Positions 1 through 19,800 of a stretch of DNA of 64,000 bases are shown in pieces. The notes beneath the pieces are model-generated. The model had not been told where the DNA came from. It saw only the letters and a list, made by a program, of their open reading frames with translations, and did not search any database. Source of the stretch: Macrostomum lignano (taxonomy: Eukaryota); NCBI GenBank assembly GCA_002269645.1, contig NIVC01002409.1, positions 113,148-177,147 of the forward strand, in the 5' to 3' direction. Made by a program: the position numbers and the translations under genes. Each line of letters begins with the position of its first letter. Position 1 is the stretch's first letter.

Positions 1-749
1 CCCAGCCTCAAGCGAGTCCCATCCCAGTCTCAAGCGAGTCCCATCCCAGCCTCAAGCGAGTCCCATCCCAGCCTCAAGCGAGTCCCATCCCAGCCTCAAG
101 CGAGTCCCATCCCAGCCTCAAGCGAGTCCCATCCCAGCCTCAAGCGAGTCCAATCCCAGCCTCAAGCGAGTCCCATCCCAGCCTCAAGCGAGTCCCATCC
201 CAGCCTCAAGCGAGTCCCATCCCAGCCTCAAGCGAGTCCCATCTCAGTCTCAAGCGAGTCCTATCCCAGCCTCAAGCGAGTCCAATCTCAGCCTCAAGCG
301 AGTCCCATCCCAGCCTCAAGCGAGTCCTATCCCAGCCTCAAGCGAGTCCCATCCCAGCCTCAAGCGAGTCCCATCCCAGTCTCAAGCGAGTCACATCCCA
401 GCCTCAAGCGAGTCCCATCCCAGTCTCAAGCGAGTCCCATCCCAGCCTCAAGCGAGTCCCATCCCAGTCTCAAGCGAGTCACATCCCAGCCTCAAGCGAG
501 TCCCATCCCAGCCTCAAGCGAGTCCCATCCCAGTCTCAAGCGAGTCCCATCCCAGCCTCAAGCGAGTCCCATCCCAGCCTCAAGCGAGTCCCATCCCAGC
601 CTCAAGCGAGTCCCATCCCAGTCTCAAGCGAGTCCCATTCCAGCCTCAAGCGAGTCCCATCCCAGTCTCAAGCGAGTCCCATCCCAGCCTCAAGCGAGTC
701 CCATCCCAGCCTTAAGCGAGTCCCATCCCAGCCTCAAGCGAGTCCCATC
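1..749. repeat. 22-bp minisatellite (CCCAGCCTCAAGCGAGTCCCAT)n, about 34 units, continues off the window start
   Basis: Unit read directly from the sequence; few substitutions. Confidence 0.97.
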
Positions 750-1286
750 TCTCATTTTACCCCCAGAGCTGCGGCAGTTGACAAAGTTCCCCTTGCACTT
801 CAGGCCAGGTTGATGAATAATTAATGAGCCAGACGGGTTTCCCGCCATTGATATGTGGCGAAGCTTAAGGGCGATGCGATGCAAATTTAATGAGCCGCGA
901 TGGCCGGACCTTCTTTGGCAAAATTCCTTCACAGCCTCCCCCATCCGAGATGAAGCTCTGTCGCACTGAGAGGGGTCGCTGCAGTCGCCTGGGGAAAGTA
1001 AAAGCCGAGTAGGGGATTTCTGCGGAGAGCGCCTCGGGCCGTGCGTCATCGCATGGATTCTCGTGCTAATCCCAACCCCCTGCGGCTCTGATCCCAACGA
1101 TTTATGTCAATCCCAGGCAGGTATTTTTAGCGCCCCCTGCGAAATTATCCCATAATGGGAGACTGGCTTGCTTCTGACAAATATTTAATAATGCCCAGGC
1201 ACTGCGCACGTAATTGCGCGCGTTTTGGAGCTAAAAATTCGGGATAATGGAGGCGGGGATGACAGCTGGGCTGGCCTTTTTGGCAG

Positions 1287-1776
<490 letters not shown>

Positions 1777-2107
1777 AGATATTCCAAAAGTCAGTTTTCG
1801 TTGCCTCATAGATGCCTCAAGGTCTCTTTTAGAAGGCAGGAATTCCCCAAGCTCAGCATTTCTCCTCCATCTGGAAGAACACCCCCACCATCCCCTACGT
1901 CCCCTCCGTCTGGAAGAATTTCCCGATCAATTATTCTCCCTCACGCATGTGAGAAGCCGGACCGCTACTTGCGTTTAAGTGGTCCATTTTATAGAAATTT
2001 AATAAGCAGAAAAAAGCAGCAGCAGCTACTATCAGTTAGTGAGTAGGTAGCTGCGGTTTCATAGTGAACTGTCGGTCACATAGGGTAGGGTAACAATACA
2101 TATAGTG

Positions 2108-4524
2108 GATTTGCAATCCATCTCACAGATTAGCAATCCATCTCATTGATTAGCAATCCATCTCACAGATTAGCAATCCATCTCACAGATTAGCAATCCA
2201 GGTCACAGATTAGCAATCCAGCTTACAGATTAGCAATCCATCTCACAGATTAGCAATCCAGCTTACAGATTAGCAATCCAGCTCACAGATTAGCAATCCA
2301 TCTCACAGATTTGCAATCTAGCTCACAGATTAGCAATCCAGCTCACAGATTAGCAATCCAGCTCACAGATTAGCAATCCATCTCATAGATTAGCAATCCA
2401 GCTCACAGATTAGCAATCCATCTCATAGGTTAGCAATCCATCTCACAGATTAGCAATCCATCTCACAGATTAGCAATCCATCTCACAGATTAGCAATCCA
2501 GGTCACAGATTAGCAATCCAGCTTACAGATTAGCAATCCATCTCACAGATTAGCAATCCAGCTTACAGATTAGCAATCCAGCTCACAGATTAGCGATCCA
2601 GCTCACAGATTAACAATCCAGCTCACAGATTAGCAATCCATCTCACAGATTTGCAATCTAGCTCACAGATTAGCAATCCAGCTCACAGATTAGCAATCCA
2701 GCTCACAAATCAGCAATCCATCTCACAGATTAGCAATCCATCTCATAGATTAGCAATCCAGCTCACAGATTAGCAATCCATCTCATAGGTTAGCAATCCA
2801 TCTCACAGATTAGCAATCTAGCTCACAGATTAGCAATCCATCTCACAGATTAGCAATCCATCTCACAGATTAGCAATCCATCTCACAGATTAGCAATCCA
2901 GCTCACAGATTAGCAATCCATCTCACAGATTAGCAATCCATCTTACAGATTAGCAATCCAGCTCACAGATTAGCAATCCATCTCACAGATTAGCGATCCA
3001 TCTCACAGATTAGCAATCCATCTCACAGGTTAGCAATCCATCTCACAGATTAGCGATCCATCTCACAGATTAGCAATCCAGCTCACAGATTAGGGATCCA
3101 GCTCACAGATTAACAATCCAGCTCACAGATTAGCAATCCATCTTATAGATAAGCAATCCATCTTACAGATTAGCAATCCATCTCACAAATGAGCAATCCA
3201 TCTCACAGGTTAGCAATCCATCTCACAGATTAGCAATCCATCTCATAGATTAGCAATCTAGCTCACAGATTAGCAATCCATCTCACAGATTAGCAATCCA
3301 TCTCATAGATTAGCAATCCATCTCATAGGTTAGCAATCCATCTCACAGATTAGCAATCCAGCTCACAGATTAGCAATCCAGCTCACAGATTAACAATCCA
3401 GCTCACAGATTAGCAATCCATCTCACAGATTAGCAATCCATCTCACAGATTAGCAATCCATCTCACAGATTAGCAATCCATCTCATAGATAAGCAATCCA
3501 TCTCACAGATTAGCAATCCATCTCATAGATTAGCAATCCATCTCACAGTTTAGCAATCCATCTCATAGATAAGCAATCCATCTCACAGATTAGCAATCCA
3601 TCTCATAGATTAGCGATCCATCTCATAGATTAGCAATCCATCTCATAGATTAGCAATCCAGCTCACAGATTAGCGATCCATCTCACAGATTAGCAATCCA
3701 TCTCATAGATTAGCAATCCATCTCACAGTTTAGCAATCCATCTCACAGATTAGCAATCCATCTTATAGATAAGCAATCCATCTCGTAGATTAGCAATCCA
3801 GCTCACAGATTAGCGATCCATCTCACAGATTAGCAATCCATCTCATAGATTAGCAATCCATCTCACAGATTAGCGATCCATCTCACAGATTAGCAATCCA
3901 TCTCACAGATTAGCAATCCATCTCACAGATTAGCAATCCATCTCATAGATAAGCAATCCATCTCACAGATTAGCAATCCATCTCATAGATTAGCAATCCA
4001 TCTCACAGTTTAGCAATCCATCTCATAGATAAGCAATCCATCTCACAGATTAGCAATCCATCTCATAGATTAGCGATCCATCTCATAGATTAGCAATCCA
4101 TCTCATAGATTAGCAATCCAGCTCACAGATTAGCGATCCATCTCACAGATTAGCAATCCATCTCATAGATTAGCAATCCATCTCACAGTTTAGCAATCCA
4201 TCTCACAGATTAGCAATCCATCTTATAGATAAGCAATCCATCTCGTAGATTAGCAATCCAGCTCACAGATTAGCGATCCATCTCATAGATTAGCAATCCA
4301 TCTCATAGATTAGCAATCCAGCTCACAGATTAGCGATCCATCTCACAGATTAGCAATCCATCTCATAGATTAGCAATCCATCTCATAGTTTAGCAATCCA
4401 TCTCATAGATTAGCAATCCATCTCACAGTTTAGCAATCAATCTCACAGATTAGCAATCGAGCTCACAGATTAGCAATCCATCTCACAGATTAGCAATCCA
4501 TCTCACAGATTAGCAATCCATCTC
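2108..4524. repeat. 20-bp satellite (GATTAGCAATCCATCTCACA)n, about 120 units
   Basis: Direct; variant units recur in blocks, suggesting higher-order duplication. Confidence 0.98.
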
Positions 4525-4833
4525 CAAAGCCGCTAGCTGTGCGATAGCTGTCTTTATGCTCAAATCCACTCCGGAGAACTCTTCAAGAGCAGACAGGGTT
4601 TGAGCAGACGCTTGCTTGCACCCAGTGTTGACTGTGGGATTCTCTGCGTGCTTCCCCATCCATTTGGCCTCCCGGCTGTTGACTCAGACGGTGGGGAGGC
4701 CGCCGCCTGCCAAAACCGGTGGTGGGAAAAACTGGGCGTTTATGACGGGATGAGCCAAGGAGAATTTGAACCAGGATGTGGAGTGCCAGCTATTCCATTA
4801 ATCAGAATTCAAATGGAATCCAATTACACTGGC

Positions 4834-5447
4834 ACAATGCCATTCCAGCTTGAGTTCACACTGCCATTCCAGCTTGAGTTCACAATGCCATTCCAGCTTG
4901 AGTTCACAATGCCATTCCAGCTTGAGTTCACAATGCCATTCCAGCTTGAGTTCACAATGCCATTCCAGCTTGAGTTCACACTGCCATTCCAGCTTGAGTT
5001 CACACTGCCATTCCAGCTTGAGTTCACACTGCCACAATGTCATTCCAGCTTGAGTTCAAACTGCCATTCCAGCTTGAGTTCACACTGCCATTCCAGCTTG
5101 AGTTCACACTGCCACAATGTCATTCCAGCTTGAGTTCACACTGCCACAATGCCATTCCAGCTTGAATTCACACTTCCACAATGTCATTCCAGCTTGAGTT
5201 CACACTGCCACAATGTCATTCCAGCTTGAGTTCACACTGCCACAATGTCACTCCAGCTTGAATTCACACTGCCACAATGTCACTCCAGCTTGAGTTCACG
5301 CTGCCACAATGTCACTCCAGCTTGAGTTCACACTGCCACAATGTCACTCCAGCTTGAATTCACACTGCCACAATGTCACTCCAGCTTGAGTTCACGCTGC
5401 CACAATGTCACTCCAGCTTGAGTTCACACTGCCACAATGTCACTCCA
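4834..5447. repeat. 24-bp minisatellite (CCATTCCAGCTTGAGTTCACAMTG) switching to a 32-bp variant with an 8-bp insert
   Basis: Direct. Confidence 0.95.
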
Positions 5448-6269
5448 GTTTCCAATCTACCGGGTGCTGCTTTGAGAAATGCCTGGGTTGGGGAGAGCAG
5501 CTCTCCAGATCCCGCTTCGAAGACTCCTCGGATGAGCGCGGCGACTCATTTTAAAGTGGAGTCGCTGCCCGACCTGCCCACCTGCGCCTCATCTTGCTGG
5601 CGACAGAAATTCAACCTGCCTCTGTCTGGCTCTCTCTTCCACTCTCTCCCTCTCTCTCTCTCAGGTCTTCTGTTTGCCGGCTCATGCGCTGCTCGTGGCC
5701 ATCAAATACAGCCGTCACCTACCTCTCTTTTCTCTCTCGGCTCTACGGTGCATGCGTGAGTACTGAGCATGGTGAGCAGTGGGTGTACTCACGGCCCCCC
5801 TGCCCACTGAATCCCATTCTCCGTCCTGAGCCAGCTCAGCTCCCCCCCCCCGCACGAACCCCGCCGCCCCGCCCCGGCAAGTACGATGGAGGACGGCGGG
5901 AAACACAGGCAGAGACCACAAGACAAACACCACCCCACCCCCCCATTCCTGTCCTCAGCCAACTCCGGAGAACAATCGCTTCAATAAGAAACTCAAAAAG
6001 CGAGTCTGCAGCTTCGACCCTCGCCCAGGCACCCCTCCAATATTATTCGGCTGTTCTTTGCATTCTCTATTGTCAACTCGTCTCTGCGGGTCTGAGCTCC
6101 CCCCGCGTCTCCCGCGTATTTCAGTTTATATTGTCTGCCGATAGTCTCGGCGAGAGTCAGGTCCAGTCGGCTCGACACTCAAGGAAGCAGAGTTTTTTAT
6201 TATTCTTAAGAAGCGCAAGCTACGAAAGCAAATTGCCAAATTCTAGGAATGCGTCAGAGAAGCGCCACA

Positions 6270-11530
<5,261 letters not shown>

Positions 11531-12562
11531 ACCTGCCTCAAGAGACTGCATGGGCTTATGCGAGCTGCGGCATCAACAATTTACTGCGGGATTTTGATAC
11601 CCTAATTGTTCGCTTTTGCTCGACAGCGGGGGTTGTTTTTATTTCGAAGCGCCATGGAATTTGTTATAATCATGGCCCCAAGTTCATCGGCATGTCCGCC
11701 TGACCATCGCCCAGTGTACATGTTTGCCGCACATATATGAGTTCAGTGAACTCATCCGATATTAACTATTGTATACCTGGCAACACGTATTATTGAAAAT
11801 TTTAAAACACGTCTTTAACCAATCTCGTTCTACTGCGATTCGATTCTCCAATGCTGCTGTTTACGATAAATTTCCTATTATATATCCATTTTTGATTAAC
11901 TGAAATTCGATAAATTTTATGTAGTAGATTCTTTCCGATAGATTCACGACAAAAGGTTGCGTCCTGCACTGCCACATGCGCGGTGCACTGGATTGACTGC
12001 TAATTAAGTTCAAGCAGGTGACTGTCTTCAAAGATAAGCGCTCTATCGATTTTGTACAAATTTCATTTTTAATTACTTTTTTATCTCAACGTTTCAATGG
12101 TCTAATCTGCTATCTAAGCTCGTATGCATGTACTTTTATCGGTGTATGTATTTTGGCACTAATTTAAATAGTGATTTTGTCGAATTTTCTTTCCTTTTAG
12201 ATTTAGATCTAGTTGAAACTTTAACAAACATACTTTTAGCTTTTTGAAATTGAGAAAGCCAATCTAAGTTCAAATTTATTTAAAATTTCTCTCCTATTTT
12301 TAAAACAGGTGTTTTTGTTAATTGTACCTCGCCCGATTTTAACTAACACTGCTTATCCAGAATGAAATAAATATACTGTTCATGCCTCCCAGGTGGTTCA
12401 ACTCAGCCGATGGCATTCTTAACGCCGCTGCATGAGCGCCTGTAAAGATCCAACCAATTGAACTCCACATAATTACGGGTATTTGATAGTGTTCATTTAC
12501 AAACCTTGCCATTTTTCTTCTAGGAGTCTGCATGAGAGTTTACTTAGCTGTCCACGCACCAC

Positions 12563-14036
12563 CGTCCCCTCCCCTGCCATCCCTCACCATCCCCTTCCCT
12601 GCCATCCCTCACAATCCCCTCCCCTGCCATCCCTCACCATCCCCTTCCCTGCCATCCCTCACAATCCCCTCCCCTGCCATCCCTCACCATCCCCTTCCCT
12701 GCCATCCCTCACTCACCATCCCCTCCCCTGCCATCCCTCACCATCCCCTTCCCTGCCATCCCTCACTCACCATCCCCTCCCCTGCCATCCCTCACCATCC
12801 CCTTCCCTGCCATCCCTCACCATCCCCTTCCCTGCCATCCCTCACTCACCATCCCCTCCCCTGCCATCCCTCACCATCCCCTTCCCTGCCATCCCTCACC
12901 ATCCCCTCCCCTGCCATCCCTCACTCACCATCCCCTCCCCTGTCATCCCTTCCCTCACCATCCCCTCCCCTGCCATCCCTCACCATCCCCTCCCCTGCCA
13001 TCCCTCACCATCCCCTCCCCTGCCATCCCTCACCATCCCCTTCCCTGCCATCCCTCACCATCCCCTTCCCTGCCATCCCTCACCATACCCTTCCCTGCCA
13101 TCCCTCACCATCCCCTTCCCTGCCATCCCTCACCATCCCCTTCCCTGCCATCCCTCACCATCCCCTTCCCTGCCATCCCTCACCATCCCCTTCCCTGCCA
13201 TCCCTCACTCACCATCCCCTTCCCTGCCATCCCTCACCATCCCCTTCCCTGCCATCCCTCACCATCCCCTTCCCTGCCATCCCTCACCATCCCCTTCCCT
13301 GCCATCCCTCACCATCCCCTTCCCTGCCATCCCTCACCATCCCCTTCCCTGCCATCCCTCACCATCCCCTTCCCTGCCATCCCTCACCATCCCCTTCCCT
13401 GCCATCCCTCACCATCCCCTTCCCTGCCATCCCTCACTCACCATCCCCTTCCCTGCCATCCCTCACTCACCATCCCCTTCCCTGCCATCCCTCACCATCC
13501 CCTTCCCTGCCATCCCTCACCATCCCCTTCCCTGCCATCCCTCACCATCCCCTTCCCTGCCATCCCTCACCATCCCCTCCCCTGCCATCCCCTTCCCTGC
13601 CATCCCTCACACACCATCCCCTTCCCTGCCATCCCTCACTCACCATCCCCTTCCCTGCCATCCCTCACTCACCATCCCCTTCCCTGCCATCCCTCACCAT
13701 CCCCTTCCCTGCCATCCCTCACCATCCCCTTCCCTGCCATCCCTCACCATCCCTTCCCTGCCATCCCTCACCATCCCCTTCCCTGCCATCCCTCACCATC
13801 CCCTTCCCTGCCATCCCTCACTCACCATCCCCTTCCCTGCCATCCCTCACCATCCCCTTCCCTGCCATCCCTCACCATCCCCTTCCCTGCCATCCCTCAC
13901 CATCCCCTTCCCTGCCATCCCTCACCATCCCCTTCCCTGCCATCCCTCACCATCCCCTTCCCTGCCATCCCTCACCATCCCCTTCCCTGCCATCCCTCAC
14001 CATCCCCTTCCCTGCCATCCCTCACCACCCCCCCCC
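12563..14036. repeat. C-rich 25-bp satellite (CCCTGCCATCCCTCACCATCCCCTT)n
   Basis: Direct; explains the 550/514-aa Pro-rich ORFs. Confidence 0.97.
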
Positions 14037-14496
14037 AGGATCAACAGGAACAGGACCAACAAACAAAGGCAGGTAAAAAGTGCTTCGAGCAGACGCTACC
14101 AGTTGGAGGCCCCTCTGAACAGCTCGAATATCTGATTAATGTGACAGAGAAGGTGGCCAATCAAACAAGATAATATTCAGGAATTTTTTATTTAGCAAAG
14201 TCAAAAATGGATTTATAAGAAGAATGTGTTGATAATTTTTATATTAGTAGTTGAGTAATTTTTTGAAATTAACTTGTCCTAAAGCTACTCTAGCAAATGG
14301 AACAGGATTATAAGTAGTGCGGATCACAATTGAAAGTTCTACAACATCAATAATATTCTTCTATGCAAGGTGTAATTCAATTGTAGACAAATATAACAGA
14401 ATAAATACTTACACAGTACAGACATACGCTCTATTTTGCTAATCATTTTACTGTTAGTAATAAGCACAGTACTCTAATAAGCCTTTAATAACATAA

Positions 14497-15751
14497 GCCC
14501 GTTGAAAACGATACTGTGCCTAGAATTGCTATACGAGCGTGAAATATGTTGCAAACAACATTAGCGACTCTGGGGCGACTCTCGTGACCTTTTAACGACT
14601 CAGACGCGTCTAATGCAACAGAGAGGCGACTGTTGCGTCCGGAGCAATCACTAAATAGTCGTCCAGAAACCATTGTGTTGGCGCTTAACTTCGCTAGAGA
14701 TGCGACTCTAATTCAAAAAATGCGTTTCAAACACAACTCAGTAACTCAACAGTGACTCTGTTGTTGTTGTCTGTTTGTGTTGTTGTTGATGTCTGTTTGT
14801 GTTGATGTTGATGTCTGTTTGTGTTGATGTTGATGTCTGTTTGTGTTGTTGTCTATGTATGCCTGTGTTGTTGTTGATGCCTGTTTGTGTTGTTGTTGAT
14901 GTCTGTTTGTGTTGTTGATGTTGTCTGCTTGTGTTGTTGTTGTTGATGCCTGTTTGTGTTCTTCTTGATGTCTGTTTGTGTTGCTGATGTCTGTTTGTGT
15001 TGCTGATGTCTGTTTGTGTTGTTGATGTCTGTTTGTGTTGTTGATGTCTGTTTGTGTTGTTGTTGATGTCTGTTTGTGTTGTTGATGTCTTATTGTGTTG
15101 TTGTCTATGTATGCCTGTGTTGTTGTTGATGCCTGTTTGTGTTGTTGTTGATGTCTGTTTGTGTTGTTGATGTTGTCTGCTTGTGTTGTTGTTGTTGTTG
15201 TCTGTTTGTGTTGTTGTTTATGCCTGTTTGTGTTGTTGTTGATGTCTGTTTGTGTTGTTGATGCTGTCTGCTTGTGTTGTTGTTGTTGTTGTCTGTTTGT
15301 GTTGTTGTTGCTGTCTGTTTGTGTTGTTGTTGATGTCTGTTTGTGTTGTTGTCTATGTATGCCTGTGTTGTTGTTGATGCCTGTTTGTGTTGTTGTTGAT
15401 GTCTGTTTGTGTTGTTGATGTTGTCTGCTTGTGTTGTTGTTGTTGTTGTCTGTTTGTGTTGTTGTTGATGTCTGTTTGTGTTGTTGATGTTGTCTGCTTG
15501 TGTTGTTGTTGTTGCTGTCTGTTTGTGTTGTTGTTGCTGTCTGTTTGTGTTGTTGTTGCTGTCTGTTTGTGTTGTTGTTGCTGTCTGTTTGTGTTGTCTG
15601 TTTGCTGCTATCTTTAGTGACTTGTACCGCGACATATCGTCGTTATAGAGTCACTTCTTTCCTATTTTACGAGCCTGTGTCACCTGCAACGACGCTGGGG
15701 CGACGCAAGTGACTGGGGCGACTCTCGGCCTCGGTACCGTTTTCATCGGGC
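14497..15751. mobile_element. Candidate non-autonomous TIR element with a GTT-rich microsatellite core
   Basis: Imperfect 24-bp inverted ends GCCCGTTGAAAACGATACTGTGCC (14497) versus revcomp GCCCGATGAAAACGGTACCGAGGC (ends 15751); GGGGCGACTCTC motif in both arms; no clean TSD. Confidence 0.5.
14758..15605. repeat. Compound (GTT)n / GTCTGTTTGT microsatellite
   Basis: Direct. Confidence 0.95.
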
Positions 15752-16231
15752 ATTGTCTGTTCAAAAACACGACACGAGAGCGATTAAAACCAGGAAAAGG
15801 AGCGCATATTAGCGACTAAAGTACATAACCAGAGTAAAGAGGAGCGTACAATCAATTTAGTCAATTAAGGGAGAAAAATAAAACAGCAAATGAAATTCTG
15901 CAGAGCCACCAGAACGCTGATAAAGAACTGAATACACAGAGGGAATAATTGAACAGGTTATTATGCAGAGATGTGGTTGACGCCACACACACAAACAATA
16001 ACGGGCGTTTGATCTAAAAAGTGCCATAGGACTTCTTTAAGCATGGGATTTACAGGACAGACAGCAGTTCAAACCCTGAATACCAAACTTGAGTGTTGAT
16101 AAGACTCCAAAAGATTACATTCTTCATGTGAACTGCTAAGATTTCCGCGAAAAAAGATGCGGGCTTCTAGGAAAACTTCCTTTATTAGACTAGATGCAGC
16201 CAACTTGCCAATTCTGATGCTCAAACCAATT

Positions 16232-16627
16232 CTCAGTGGCTAATGTACATTCTCAGTGGCTAATGTACATTCTCAGTGGCTAATGTACATTCTCAGTAAC
16301 TACTGTGCATTTTCAGTTGGCTAATGTAATTCTCAGTTGGCTAATGTACATTCTCAGTGGCTAATGTACATTCTCTGTAACTACTGTACATTCTTAGTGG
16401 CTAATGTACATTCTCAGTAACTACTGTACATTTTCAGTTGGCTAATGTAATTCTCAGTTGGCTAATGTACATTCTCAGTGGCTAATGTACATTCTCTGTA
16501 ACTACTGTACATTCTTAGTGGCTAATGTACATTCTCAGTAACTACTGTACATTCTCAGTAACTACTGTACATTCTCAGGGGCTAATGTACATTCTCAGTA
16601 ACTACTGTACATTCTCAGTGGCTAATG
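16232..16627. repeat. 20-bp minisatellite (GGCTAATGTACATTCTCAGT), just 3' of ATP6AP2
   Basis: Direct. Confidence 0.93.
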
Positions 16628-16806
16628 CACACACTCATTCAGCTTACGTGAGCTTCATTTCAGCCACTTCAACTAGCTGCCGTGCAGGACACTCATCTTG
16701 AACTGCCACAAGCGACATTATGCCCAAAACAGTTTCTAAAACCCATGTTCCAGTCAACCATAAAGTTACTATAGTCCATAATTAGCATAAATTTACTAAT
16801 TTATGA

Positions 16807-19800
16807 TTAGTCCTTCTTGGCGTGGGCGTAGCCCCTCCTGTAGATGATGCTGTCCTTGCCCGGGTCGATGTTCCACAGCCCGTAGGCCACGGCGTACACG
16901 GCCAGCGCCAGCACCACCGACAGCCACAGGATGAGGTTGAACATCACCGGGAAGTCCGACTTGTAGTTGTCGGCCAGCCGCATGCCGTCGTCTTCGGCGG
17001 CGGCGGCCTCCTTCGGGGCGGCCATCAGCGAGCGGCCAACGCGGATGAGCTCGGCGGCCGGGCCGGACACGGTTGCCATGGCAACAAAGGCCCGCTGGGG
17101 CCCGGCGGCGTCGGCCAGCCGGCCGGCCAGCTTGACGGCGAACTCAACAACCCGGCGGCGGGCGTCGGCGGTCAGGCCGACTGTCGGGATGTCGACACGG
17201 AGGGCGTCGGGCTGCGAGTCGGCCAGCAGACCGGAAGCCACCGCCCGGTCGGCGAGGGCGCGGGCGAGACGAAGCTGCCGCCGGATCTCCGCGGGCAGGC
17301 TGGAGTCGTCAGACAGGGCGGCCGGCAGCGAGTCGGCGGCCTGGGGGTTTTCGGATTGCGCAACATTCGACTGAATTTCAGTTTGAGATGCGATTTCCGA
17401 GCACTGAACACCTCCCATCACTGAAACACACCTGACAGCTTATCACTGAAATCCACACCTGACACCCCATCACTGAAACCCACACCTGACACCCCATCAC
17501 TGAAACCCACACCTGACAGCCCATCACTGAAACCCACACCTGACAGCCCATCACTGAAACCCACACCTGACACCCCATCACAGAAACCACACCTGACAGG
17601 CCATCACAGAAACCACACCTGACAGGCCATCACTGAAACCCATACCTGACAGCCCATCACAGAAACCACACCTGACAGCCCATCCTGAAACCCATACCTG
17701 ACAGCCCATCACAGAAACCACACCTGACAGCCCATCCTGAAACCCATACCTGACAGCCCATCACAGAAACCCACACCTGACAGCCCATCACTGAAACCCA
17801 CACACCCACATCATCTGACACCAGCACCGCAGAAAACTACATTTCTAACACGAAACAAGTAGCACTGATACACCTGACCTGACACCAACCCCGCTGACAC
17901 CCACACCGCTAAAACCTGACCCCGGAGTCTCTTGATTACCTCAGCGCCGGCGAACAGGCCCGGGTGCGACGAGTCGGCGAGGTCGCTGGAGCCGGCCAGC
18001 AGCGACTTGGACAGGCCGGCACGGGCCGCAGCTTCGGCCAGACCAGTAGGCTGGTAGGTCAGCGCATCGTCGCTGCCGTCGAGGCGGAAGCTTCGCTGGG
18101 CAGAGGCGCCGGAAATGGCAGCGCGGATGTCGGAGTCGACCTCGGCGCAGGCGTCTCCGCAGGCAAAAGCGATGATGGCCAGGAGGCTGGGACGGCGGAA
18201 AAACGACACGTCGGAGACCAGGCCCGACTGTGTCTGTGGGGCGGGAAGTTCAGCGAACTGATGAGCTCTGCAGCCACCGCCTAGGAGCTGGGAGGCTGGC
18301 CCAGCAACTGAGGATCTGGGAGGCTGGCCCAGCAACTGAAAATCTGGGAGGCTGGCCCAGCAACTGAGGATCTGGGAGACTGGCCCAGCAACTGAGGATC
18401 TGGCAGGCTGGCTTAGCAACTGAGGATCTGGGAGGCTGGCCCAGCAACTGAAGATCTGGGAGGCTGGCCCAGCAACTGAGGATCTGGGAGGCTGGCCCTG
18501 CAACTGAGGATCTGGGAGGCTGGCCAAGCAACTGAGGATCTGGGAGGCTGGCCCTGCAACTGAGGATCTGGGAGGCTGGCCCAGCAACTGAGGATCTGGG
18601 AGGCTGGCCCAGCAACTGAGGATCTGGGAGGCTGGCCCAGCAACTGAGGATCTGGGAGGCTGGCCCTGCAACTGAGGATCTGGGAGGCTGGCCCAGCAAC
18701 TGAGGATCTGGGAGGCTGGCCCAGCAACTGAGGATCTGGGAGGCTGGCCCTGCAACTGAGGATCTGGGAGGCTGGCCCAGCAACTGAGGATCTGGGAGGC
18801 TGGCTTAGCAACTGAGGATATGGGAGACTGGCCCAGCAACTGAGGATCTCTCTCAACACAACAGGCAGCAGAGTCAAGTAAATACAGTAAAATTATTACT
18901 AATCAGCAAGAAATCAAGCGAACCTCATCCAGGCCAAATAGTTGAAGGGGCAGCGCCCGCACATCAGCAAGTGAGGCTTGTTTAGAACTGCTCAGTTTAA
19001 CACCAGATGGAACATTCACTACTGTCAGCTGATTGCCCAGTGCATCTAAAAGTTGATAAAATGATAGATTATATTCTGATTGATTTGTAGATTGTTACTC
19101 AAACTATGCAGCAAAAGGATAGTGAGACTAAGTAGCTTTATGAAGAGGCCATTTTATTGCATATCAGCATATATACAATAAAATATTATGAGTAACCTCA
19201 GCAAAAGCCAGTCAATTTCCTTCAGGGATTAGAAGACTAAATAATGTTTAAATATGTTCATCTCAGCAATTCCCCCATTCCATCAGCATTGACATCTCAG
19301 CAATTCCCCCATTCCATCAGCATTGACATCTCAGCAATTCCCCCATTCCATCAGCATTGACATCTCAGCAATTCCGCCATTCCATCAGCATTGACATCTC
19401 AGCAATTCCCCCATTCCATCAGCCTTGACATCTCAGCCATTCCCCCATCAGCATTGACATCTCAGCAATTCCCCCATCAGCATTGAAATCTCAGCAATTC
19501 CCCCATTCCATCAGCATTGACATCTCAGCAATTCCCCCATCAGCATTGAAATCTCAGCAATTCCCCCATTCCATCAGCATTGACATCTCAGCAATTCCCC
19601 CATTCCATCAGCATTGACATCTCAGCAATTCCCCCATCAGCATTGAAATCTCAGCAATTCCCCCATTCCATCAGCATTGACATCTCAGCAATTCCCCCAT
19701 CAGCATTGAAATCTCAGCAATTCCCCCATTCCATCAGCATTGACATCTCAGCAATTCCCCCATTCCATCAGCATTGACATCTCAGCAATTCCCCCATCAG

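Noticed and set aside
2108-4524. Regular repeats resembling CRISPR arrays (also 35231-36450, 51967-53125)
   Set aside because: Head-to-tail units with no unique spacers, no cas genes, eukaryotic context.
4525-6100. GC-rich islands between satellites with short open frames on both strands
   Set aside because: No motif or phase-consistent splice chain found.
12483-14135. 550-aa proline-rich extensin-like ORF
   Set aside because: Arises from a stop-free 25-bp satellite; no signal peptide or codon structure.
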